DNA of 64,000 nt from positions 30,894,314 to 30,958,313 of the forward strand of contig NC_068985.1 in assembly GCF_001194135.2 (NCBI RefSeq). Direction: 5' to 3'. This DNA comes from Octopus bimaculoides. Its lineage: Eukaryota. Position numbers and translations under genes: made by a program. This document shows, piece by piece, positions 39,101 to 51,100 of this stretch; within the stretch, counting starts at the first letter, position 1, and each line of letters starts with the position of its first letter. The notes below the pieces were generated by a model. It had not been told where the DNA came from. It made no database searches and was given only the letters and a program-made list of their open reading frames with translations.

Positions 39101-42100
39101 GCATTTTGCTCAGCATGCTGACAATTCCACTAGCTCACCACCTTATAGACCAGGTATTATTGTACATGACTTGGAAAAAAGAGAATGCTTCATAATAGAC
39201 ACTGCAATTCTTTCAGAAAAAAACATTGCAAACAAAGAACTTCTAATACAAAATCTACAATACTAAAAGAACTGGTAATACATACATTACAAGTGTTCTA
39301 TAAAGAGAACATAAAATTGCTGCATAATTCAACGTGAATGTGAAATGACATTAAACATCATATAAGGTAAATGAACGTTTCTGCAGGAATGCCAAGTCAT
39401 ATTCACTTAGTGAGGATGAATTTTGATGTCATTAGCGTTAGATGCAGTAAGAGCTGGTAGCAGCAATGAATTTCTTTGTCCTAATGCAGAGAAAGAAAGC
39501 AATAGCTTCCTGGAGGCAAATGCAAGCTAAACTTCTTAAATGGAGAAAAACTGACCTATTTAAGGAAATTGCTGGGCACCATTGCAATAGGTAAAAACTC
39601 CAAGCAGTGTAAAATATGGCTTGGACCATGATTACCAGCATGAACATCAAACTTCAAAAAGTAGTTAACCATTTAATGGTTTTAGTAAATTTATACAGAA
39701 AAAGTAAGCATTATACCATAAAAGTCAACTTCATTATATTTTTTCTGTAAAATCTTATTCTGACATTAAATGAGTCAACTTCCTATACATCATTTTTCAA
39801 GAAAAAAAATTTCTAAAAAATTCTGAAAACAATATAAAGTTTATTTTTGTTTTTGCGGAAAAAGTGTGTAAATTACATGGATTTTTATGGTAGTCTAAAA
39901 GTCTCTACTCTTAAATCATCCTAATACAAACTTGATAGAAAAGTAATGCACACTACTTTACATATTTATAACCCATCTAATTGCTTTTAACGTGATATAA
40001 ATATGTCAATATTTGATGCATGCAGGTCTCTATTTCTGCCTGTCTTTTCTAATGACATTTTTTAAATGCATAAGACTATAAATTTCATCAAAGCCATATT
40101 CTTTTTACCAAATTATTAGCAGTTGCTTTATGTTTGTTTTATTTCTCTACAGAATTTAACCAGTGTTCTGAAGGTAATTTCCATTGCCCTAACATGCAGT
40201 GTATTCCAAGACATTGGATCTGTGATCATGAAAATGACTGTAGTGATGGTTCTGATGAGAAAAATTGCAGTGAGTATTTCTGTCTCATCTTCCTCAAATA
40301 TTCATAACAGATTCCTTTTCTTCAAAATGTTTTTCATGTTTTTTTTGTTTACTTTTTATCTTTTACTTGAGTCAATCATTGGACTGTGAATCTGCTGGGG
40401 CACCACCCTGAAGGGTCTGCTCAAACAAATCAACTCCAGGACTGAGTTTTAAGTCTGGTACTTATTCTATAAGTCTCTTTTGCCTAACTACTGTGGTATG
40501 AGGAGATAAACAAACCAACATCAGTCGTCAAGTGATAGTGGTNNNNNNNNNNNNNNNNNNNNNNNNNNNNNNNNNNNNNNNNNNNNNNCATGCACACGTA
40601 AGGTGTCATGTGGTGGAGCTGATCCCAAAACCACATGGCTGCAAAGCAAGCTTCTAAACCACACAGCCATTACGAATGTTTATTTTTTTTTAATGATTTG
40701 TGAAAAATAAATTGTATCTCACTACCACACAGGTATATGAGTATGTATGCATACACACAGTATTATAATTATACAGTTTGCTTTAAAAGTGAATATTGTG
40801 TTGCTATTTTCTCATTATGATATCAGACCAAGAATATAATAATACTTTTCACTATCTAAAGTTTCATGCACTATTTTCATTTCCTTCTTCTAGCTTACCC
40901 ATCATGTTCTCCTAATGAATTCACATGTAAGAATGGTCGTTGTATTCTTTTGAATTGGACATGCGATTTTGATGACGATTGCCGTGATTATTCTGATGAA
41001 GTTAACTGTACAGACGGTAAGCCAATTTGACAATCACCCTATCCAACTGCTAAATCAACTATGACATCATTTATATAAAACATTGATATTTTCAGTTTGA
41101 GCTCATATTTTTCCCTCATTTCTTTATTTGCATATATTGCCTGATTAAAATATTAGCGTTTGATATGGATGGTGCACTATATGTTAAAACAATGGAATTT
41201 ATCTTCAATCTGTTGATAGCAGAGGTTTCTTTGCTTAATTATTTTAAATTAACCCTCATGAAGATGATGGATTTAGTTATTGGTTGACCCACTATTTTTT
41301 GTATATAAAATTCTTTGTCTCTCTCTCTGTCTGTCTGTTCTCTATGCATTCTCAAATGGCTCAACCAAATCAAATCAAATTTTACAAGGTAATAGTATCA
41401 GACCCTGTGAGTGTCAACATGTAATTGTTCTTTTCATTTGGATTAAAGCAATATAACATTGGCATGATTTGGTATTATGTGTGAAAAGTGAAAGAATAAC
41501 ATCTATATTGTAATGTGAGATAATAGTTTCACTTTTAATTCTAATGTGAAAACACTAAGATCATCTTATTTCTATTATATTTGAAATAAATGAATAATTT
41601 ACATCCTAATGTGAGCAACATTACACGTCAGCAAACTTTCCATTTTTACAGCCACCACAGTGGAATGATGTATCAGAGAGTCTGAAGAGAGAGGGGAGAT
41701 GAGATTTTCTCAAGATCAGCAAATGCATACTGCAGCACATCAGATGGTGTTTCAATGCAAAAGGAAGATGAGTCTTTCCCAAGATCAGCAAAGGCATGCT
41801 GCAGCATGTCAAATGGAGTCTCAAGACAGAAGCGAGATGAGACTTTCTCAATATCAAGAAAGGCATGCTGTAGTACATCAGATGCAATCTCAATACAGAA
41901 GGGAGATGAGACTTTTTTTGTAGATCAGCAAATGCATGCTGCAGCACATCAAATGGAGTCACAAGACAGAAGCANNNNNNNNNNAAGCGAGATGAGACTT
42001 TTTCAATATCAAGAAAGGCATGCTGCAGTACATCAGATGCAATCTCAATACAGAAGGGAGATGAGACTTTCCCAAGATCAGCAAATGCATGCTGCAGCAC

Positions 42101-45100
42101 ATCAAATGGAGTCACAAGACAGAAGCAAGATGAGACTTTCTTAAGAGTCTCCAGAGATGAAACTTTCTCAAGAGAGAAGGGGGATGAAACTTTCCCAAAA
42201 TCAGCAAATGCATGCTGCAGCACTTAATGCTGGATCATTAAAACAACTTTTTAATGATTAGACAGCGGTCCAGTAGAATAGCTTCAGAAACAGACTACAT
42301 ACAAATTCATTCTTCACAACTCCTGGAGCTGCTTTCAGATATGATCCATTCCGTTCTTATAAAAATGATAATTTTGCCCAAATTGGTGTGCTAAACTCAA
42401 ATTGTCGTTTCTGCAAAGCTTTAAAATTTACAAATGAAACTAATAGCATGTGCTGCTCAGGTGGTAAGGTAAGATTGCCAGCACTACTAGCTCCTCCTCA
42501 ACCTCTTATGGATCTTCTGGAAGGCACTTCCATCCAGTCAAAGGATTTTCTGAACAATATCAGACAATACAACCTTGCATTTCAAATGATATCATTTGGT
42601 GCATCTAAGAAGATACTTGAACATTTAAGATCAAGGGCAAGTCTATCGCCTCATTGGTTCCCTGTTACCCACAAATGAACAAGCACAGTTCCTCTAAATT
42701 ATCTTTATGAGTGATGTAGGGCAACAAACACGAAGAAGGGGTCAAAACTTCAGACGATTGGTCGTGTTAGATGCAGCGCCGACTGCCGCAAAGGAGAGTA
42801 TATTCACTGACAGCTTTTCGGTGTGTTCAAAAATCACATAACCCCCACCCCCAATTTTCCATGACAGGTTAGGACCTGCATACTCCAAATGGATGCATTG
42901 CATGTTGCTTAGTTGAATTAGCTCATCAATTACTTCACAAATGTTTTGTCGTCAATGCTGCACTTTCTCATATCACCTGTTTTAACATAACTGTGATATA
43001 TATACAAGCTATGCTATTTTAATCCCAAGCAACGCCAGATATCTCTGCTAGTTACAAATAAATATGTATAAATTTAGGAGTATAGTGTAATGTCAGGAGC
43101 CACGTAAAAATGTGTGTGCGTATATATATATATATATATTTAAATCCAAACCATATTTATTTTATTTCCAAAGGACAGTGGGTTGACTGAATCAGCATAG
43201 TGGCAAGCAAAATACTTTACAATTTATTGTTACATCTACGCAGCCTGCCGTGCTAACAATTCTGCCAGCTTACTGCCAATGTTTGTTTGTGTATCAAATG
43301 TATATCTGTGTTTATTTGTATATGTGCTTTAAATGTATGAAAGTAAACATGCTTTATCATGATTGGTTGTGCTTTGATGAAATCCTTGATAAAAACCATC
43401 AGTGAGGAAGTAAAGGAAAGCTAATTAATAACATTAGTTATGTGTGTATGTGGAGTGATGGAAGAGGGACAGTACTTTTTAATATCAGTTAATACATTTC
43501 ATTCAAGTTTTAGTTAACAAAAAATTTTTTGTAGTATGTTTCACTTATTTATTCACAGCAAGAATTTTAGTTATGTATGTGGGGTTTTTTTTTTTTCATT
43601 CCATATAGTTTACAAAACTACAGCACCTGTTCCAACTACAACTAAGTCAAGTTCCTTGCCCAGATGTAATGGTGTAGAATTCCAGTGTGACAATGGCTTT
43701 TGTATTTTTGCCAGTGAACGTTGTGATGGCATCAATGACTGTGATGATAACTCAGATGAAGAAAACTGTAAGTAACAAATTGTATATTACAAAGTATAAT
43801 TATTATAGTTCTAAGAATGTTAAAAAGAAAATAAAGATACTCAAGATTTTCCAAGTTAATTCAGGTGAGATACAAGAAAAATGTGAGTTCCAAATACTGA
43901 AGTAAAAAAAATAAATTTAAAATATGGCAGCTTTAGACCAGTAATTCCATAACCATTTTAGGACACTGGTCCTCTTGTCTTCTTAAAGACAATATTTGCT
44001 ATTAATTTCTTGTTCAGAATTGTACATATAGAAGATTATAATACTTCAAAATTCAAAACAGCAACAAATAGTTTCACAATTTATTCAAAATTAATTTTGC
44101 AAGGTGATGGTCAGTATAAATAGACTAGATATAGTTTCACTGCTACTCACTAAGCTCTGAATTTCTGAAATACTCTGATGAATTTTTACCATATATTTTC
44201 CTTTATATTTCTATCATGAGTCTTGTGAGTGAATTTGACAGGTGGAAACTGAAAGAAGTTTGTCACATATATACATTTATAATATACCTGTATATATATA
44301 TGTGTGTGTATGTTTGCATCTCCTTGTCTTGACATCACATGATTTTTTTTTAAATGAAAGTCATTCATTTCCAATGTTTTAAGAAAACATGTCTAACCAT
44401 AGGGAAATTATTACCTTGCTTGGAAACAGGTAAGGTTGACAACTGGAAGGGCAGCTGGCCATAGAAAATCTGCGTCTGTGTTGAAACAATGATCTGGATT
44501 TCTTTTTGTCGTTCATGTATATTCCTCATAGTCTTCAGCATTTCATTGAGTTGTCTTGATGTTATTTGTCAAAGGTAAACCATCAGGACCAAGAAATGAA
44601 ATTTGTGGCTTTAGGCCAATGTTAAAAATCATTGTTGAATTTGCTAATGGGCATGATTGGTGGAGCATCAGACAAAATATCTTGCAGTATTTAGCTATAA
44701 TTCTGAGTTCAAACTTTGATGAGATCAGCTTTGTTTTTCATCATCATCATCATTGCTTATCATCCACCTTCCATGCTGGCATGGGTGGGACAGTTTGACA
44801 GGAGCCGGTGAGGCAGAAGCCTGCACCAGACTTCTGCAACTGTTTTGGCAGGATTTTTACAGCTGAATGCCCTTAAAATCTATATAACACCAGTCAACTA
44901 CTGGGGAATGATTTAATCAATTCTACTCTCTCGCTTAAATGTGTGGCCTTTTGCCATTATTGAAAATCAGTATTATAGTTTTCACTTATCTTTGTTTATA
45001 TATTTTTTGGTATTATTGCTACTATAACTGTTATTTTTACCTTTTCAAGGTTTTCTTTCTCCTCCACCACCAAGCTGTAAAGCAGATGAATTTCAGTGCA

Positions 45101-48100
45101 CTACTGACAGGAAGTGCATCCTAACAAGGATGCAGTGTGATGGCCATGTAGACTGCTCTGATCGAAGTGATGAAGAATATTGTTGTAAGTAAAGAGAGCC
45201 CTTATTATACCAAACTAGTACGAGAGTGGGTTGTCCATTTTCACTGATTGTGATGATATGGGTTGATATTGTATATGTGTATAAGGAAAAGAGATACATT
45301 ATAAACAATAGCAAAATTGCAGGGGAAAAGTTAATGGTAATGATGATGATTTTGATTATACGGAAGGTAAAAATTAACAAGTAAATTTTTAATTTCATTT
45401 ACCTTTGGTATATGATAGATGTGAAATATTATTCACCTTTTCTGTTCATTTATCCCTATTCTCTCTGTCACCTTGTACTTTGACCACACATCTGTCTCTC
45501 CTTCTGGGTGGGGAAGCCATGTATTCACCTCTTTGGCAAGACACCTGCTCTTGTCCCTCTATCACATTTTAATTTTCTTCAGTGCTTTACACCACTCAAT
45601 CAAAGGGTCTATCTTCCCTTGTAAGTACTTGATCATCTCACTAGTGCTAGTGCTACAAAAAAAATATTCCCAGTACACTCTGTGAAGTGGTTGGTGTTAG
45701 GAATGGCATCCAGCTGTAGAAACCCTGCCAAAGCAAACCTTGGAGCTCAGCTGTCCAGTATAGAAAAAGGAGCGTTAAATGATGAAACAGTTCTCTTACA
45801 GCCTATTTTACAGTATATAAATCACTGTTTGCACACAGTATATTTATTATTCAAGCATTTTATGACATTGTATCTTTAAATTGGGTGGAAAATGAAAAAA
45901 ATAAGAACATGAAAATGTATAAATGTCTTAACTGTTATAGCAAAAAAATTTATTAGTATCCAAAAGTTTGAGGAGCACATAAGTGGAACAGGCAATTCTT
46001 GAAGGCTAGCTGTAACCATATTAGGTGTAGCCTATGGCTGTGATCTCACTTTTTTTACCAGGTCTTCTCAATCACAGCATATCTCCAGAGGTCTCGGTCT
46101 TTCATTATTGCCTCTCGGAGGCCCAACGTTTGAAGGTCATGCTTCACCACCTCATCCCATGTTTTCCTGGGTCTCCCTCTTCCACAAGTTCCTTCCACTG
46201 TTAGGGAATGACACTTCTTCACACAGCTCTCCTCATCCATACATAATACATCACCATACCAGTGCAGTCATCTCTCTTGCACACCACATCTGATGCTTCT
46301 TAGGTCCAACTTTTCTCTCGGTGCTTACACTCTGTTGTGTATGCACACTGACATTACACATCCAGCAGAGCATACTAGTATCATTTCTTTCAAGCCTACG
46401 CATGTCTTCAGCAGTCACAGCCCATGTTTCACTGCTGTGTAGCATGGCAGTTCGCACACATGCATCGTATAATCTACCTTTCACTCTCAGCAAGAGGTCC
46501 TTTGTCACCAGTAGGGGTAGAAGCTTTCTGAACTTTGCCCAGGCTATTCTTATTCTAGTGGTAACGCTCTCTGAGCATCCACCCCCACTACAGACTTGGT
46601 CACCTAGGGAGAGGAAGCTATCAACTACTTCTAGTTTCTCCCCCTGGCATGTGATGGAATCAGTTTTCTGAGCATCTGCAGTGTTTATTGCCCCTGTGCA
46701 TCTGCCGCACACAAAAGCTATCTTCCCAGTTAACTTTCCCTTGATGTTGCTGCATCTCTTATGCGTCTATATCTTACACTGGGTACAACTTATGGAGTTT
46801 CAACCTACACCTTTTCTACAGATCGAGCAGGGCTATCTACCTGAATGGATTTGTGATGTGTTCGCCTTCCTACTTACCAGGACTTTGGTTTTTGCAACAT
46901 TGACTCTAAGGCCCTTAGATTCTAAACCTTGCTTCCACACTTGAGATTTCTTCTCTTGTTCTGGTAGTGATTCTGCTATGAGAGCAAGGTCATCAGCATA
47001 GAGGAGCTCCCAGGGGCAACCTGTCTTGAATTCCTCTGTTATTTCCTGAAGGACTATGATGAATAAGAGGGGGCTGAGAGCTGATCCTTGTTGAACCCCT
47101 ACTTCTACCCGGAATTTTTTGCTATACTCATTACCGACTCTTACCTTACTAACAGCATCCCTGTACAAGGCCTGTACAGCTCTTATTAACCACTCGTCAA
47201 TCCCCAGTTTCCGCATTGCCCACCAGATAAGGGATGGGAAGACCCTATCAAAGGCTTTCTCCAAGTCAACAAAAGCCAAGTATAGGGGTTTATCTTTCGC
47301 TAGGTATTTCTCCTGAAGTTGCCATACCAGGAATATAGCATCAGTGGTGCTTCTACCTGGCACAAAACTCTCCCTAATTAGTTGGGCTATGACCTTCTCC
47401 ATGACCGTTATCACCTGATCCAGCAGTGATGTATTTTACCTTCTCCAGACAAGGTAAAGCAAAGACAACACAAGTGGAACAAGCCAAAATGCTACCATCT
47501 TGCCTGTCTTTGCTATCTGTTTTAACTCATGTATTGTTAATTTATACAAGCTGCTTATCCTATACAAGACTGGATTTTTTGTTTTTTTTGTTTTTGATGG
47601 GTGGGTGGGAAAGGATATAGACAGCCAAACAATTTCTCTCTTTGTTCCTTTCCTTATTTCATAATTCATGTATATTTCCTTATTCTGAAACCCCTCCCCA
47701 CCCTATTACACTATCCTTTCCTTTTGTAACCATTCCTGTAAGCTATTAGGGAAGTATAGCAAATACATAGGTGTGTGTGCAGTTCTAATATATTATATTT
47801 AGAAATAGATTCCATTGTTTAATAAAATAAATAATTCTGTCATCCATGGTTGAAAAACAATAGCCAAATCAGTCTTTTATTTTTATTAAAGCCTTGGGAT
47901 AGGTCAGTGAGTCAATTGTATAGATTTGTGACTTCATGAGTTGAAGTTTGACGTCTATGAAAATTAATTGCACCAATCCTTAAGCACTAAAATAAAATAG
48001 GAAGTATCTATTAATATTTTGAGATAATTGGTGTGGATGAGAGGAAAACAAGTATAAAAATCACAATGGGAAAATATATTTGGAAAATAATGTCTATTTT

Positions 48101-51100
48101 TTATCTGATTTAAAAAATTTTAACATTTTAAAATTTTCTTTAACAATTGGTTAAAGTTTCAATGTCACTTTCTGTTTTTTGTTCTTTTTATTTATTTATT
48201 TTTTTAACTAGCATCAGGCAATGAACACAAATGTGAAGGATTTTCATTCCGCTGCACAAATGGTATGTGTATTCACATGTCATGGACTTGTGATGGTGAG
48301 AATGACTGCAATGATAATTCTGATGAAGAAAATTGTCCAACGATTGAAAAATGTGGAGAAGGCATGTTTCACTGCTTACAATCCCCTGGTTGCATTCCAC
48401 AAAGCTCTATTTGCAATGGTATCAATGAATGCATTGATCATTCAGATGAAAGGGATTGTTACTACAACCACTCAACTAACGGTCAGTATTTTACATCATG
48501 GCTATTTTGAGGGAGACAACTGATTTGTCTGAACTTCTAGAAATTGTCATATTAATAGAGAACAGCTAGATCTTGATATGGTCTTGTCTGTCCTTCTAGA
48601 TTAAATGCAAGAGAAAAAGTTTCAAGATGATTAGCTTCACAGGTATCAAGGAAAATATATCCTAATATGAAGCAACATTACAATTAATCATTATTTGTTT
48701 GGAATATTGAGAATGAAATTGGCAGAGTTGGGGAAGATAATGAAATGATAAAGAATAGGAACATTCTTTATTATTTAAGAGTTAGCCATTTGTGACCTGT
48801 CTAAATATGTTAAATTGAGAACATTTCTGGAAAGTAGGATCCATGTTTAGTTACAGTAAAAGAAACTTAAAATTCACAACATTCAACAATATTTTGTTGT
48901 AACTGACAGCTCCTTTTTTTTTTTCTAAATCCCCCCCCCCCCCCCAGGCCACTTGGATCTTATTCAAACTTCCTGCTTTAAAGTAATCTAAATTAAAACC
49001 TTCTATCAAGATTTCTTATTAATCTATGTTCCAAACACAAAATTAGTACTGACAAAATTATTTTACTAAATTTTTCATTATTTTCAAAATTAATTGAAAC
49101 AAAGTTAATGTATTTCAGTAGAAATATGGTAACAAAAGAGGGTAGAAGATTAGTTTTAGAGAGAGACTTGAACTATTTTTTTATGCCAACATAAGCCAGA
49201 GTTGGAATGGATTATATTTAAGGACACCTTCACTGATGTTAGTAATATAACAACAGTTGCCTGTATAATTATTATTTGAACAATTTTATCTAGATTGTTC
49301 ATGTAGATAAAATACTATAAGGACAAATACAGAGTTGATACCTTTTATTTTCTCTCATGATTTCTGTATATCAAAGCCACTTTGTTGTTAAGTGAAAATT
49401 TGTTTAAAAAGTAGAAAAAATAAATCAAATGTATTTCATTTTACTAAGATAAAAATGTATTATTAAATATGTTGAAGAAAAATCAGTCTATTGAATAGCT
49501 TTGTCCTCCTTAGCTATGATCTCCAAACTACTACATTCCTTGTTTTGATTTTCAGGATTTAACAAGCCTCCAAAGAAATGTGCTGACTATGAGTTCTTAT
49601 GTGAACCTGATAGTGACAGGTGTTTACCTTACTGGAAAGCATGTGACAGTCATATTGATTGTCTTAATGGCCGGGATGAAGAATTTGGAATGTGTAAAGG
49701 TTAGTGCCATTGTATATGATGAATGCATAAACTTCAATGGTTATTATATGGTAGTTGTGTAAATGAAGCTAGTGTTAATATGGATCTTTTATCTTTTACT
49801 TGTTTCAGTCATTAGACTGTAACCATGCTGAGGCACTGCCATGGAGAATTTCTTTGAAGTCAAATGAATTGATCCCAATACTTATTTTGTTTTTAAAGCC
49901 TGATATTTATTCTATCAGCATTGTGTATCTAGGGCGACTACATTATCCAATGTGCCCCCCCCCCAAAAAAAAAACTTTAAAAAATAAGTAGGATATGATT
50001 TTAAGAAAATTTGGCTGCTATTTCTAGCAGGTTGAATAATCATAGAAAGTCTCTGTTGTTAAATCTCTCAAGATGGGTTTTCAGTTGTTGAAAACTTATG
50101 TAGAGAAAGAAATCTGTGCACAACCTCAACATTTTAAAAACTTTTATCTAGGTTAATTTCGTAGACAATTCTACAGTTAATTATTCTTATCTGAAGTCCT
50201 TGTTCTCTGCCATCTTTTCTGTGCAACCATTGCTTACAGTGAATGTACAGTATTCAGTTTTCATCTGCATAGTGGCTTCAAATTTTGGCACAAGGCTAGC
50301 AATTTTAGGTTTGGGAGATAGTTGATTACATTGACCCCAGTACTCATTTTATCAACTTGGAAAGAATGAAAGCAAAGTCAGTTTCAGTGGAATTTTAACT
50401 CAGAACATGAAGAGCTGAAAGAAATACCACTAAACATTTTATCGAATGTGCTAAAGATTCTGCCTGCTCACTGCCTTTCACTTACAATTTGATTTATGTT
50501 CCTTGTCAAATGGCACAAGGATTTTGTCTTTTTCAGTTTCTAATTAGACTTTAGGACCTATTAGAGCAAAAAGATTATCTTCATTTGCTTTTTATGTGAA
50601 ATTCTTGTTTAATATGAAAAAAATTTTTTTTTTTTTTCAAGAGGAACTGCGTGTGCCTAATCTGTGGTATACCAAAGTGACCAGCAACAGTGTTTTACTT
50701 TCATGGGAAGCAACCAAACATTTCTCCAGCAATATATCCTATATGCCAAGTATTGTGTAAGTTGAAATTTAACCTCTTAACGTACACATTTTTTTTTTCC
50801 AATTTCCATGCAAAAAATTTTTTATTTTTTTATTTTGAATTTATATATAAGGAACAATAAGTACACAAATTATTTTGGATTAGTTATGATTTATTATAAA
50901 ATTAGTGATAGAAAGGATAGTTACTGATAGTTAATGATAGAAAACAGGAATAACATCATGAACAAAGTATTTCGGGTTAGAAATAAGTGACAGATATCTC
51001 AGAGTACAGTAAACATATATTTTTGTTCAAATATATATTTACTAGACATTGCTGAACAAAAATATATGGGATATGTTAAGAGGGTAATGGAATTATCATG

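Noticed and set aside
39453-39530. Decayed extra LDLa exon ([10 protein letters not shown])
   Set aside because: It has only one Cys, no DxSDE motif, an early stop and no acceptor site; most likely chance.
34835-41016. Duplicated LDLa exons as a haplotype or assembly artefact
   Set aside because: The copies are only about 79-84% identical, with many synonymous changes and unrelated intron interiors, far beyond allelic divergence.
41696-42145. CRISPR-like array (also considered for 12704-12770 and 5855-6085)
   Set aside because: These are contiguous tandem units with no unique spacers and no cas genes, in a eukaryotic intron.
41621-42223. 200-aa repetitive minus-strand ORF
   Set aside because: Antisense frame of the Helitron 69-bp repeat; the sense frame leads into Helitron motifs.
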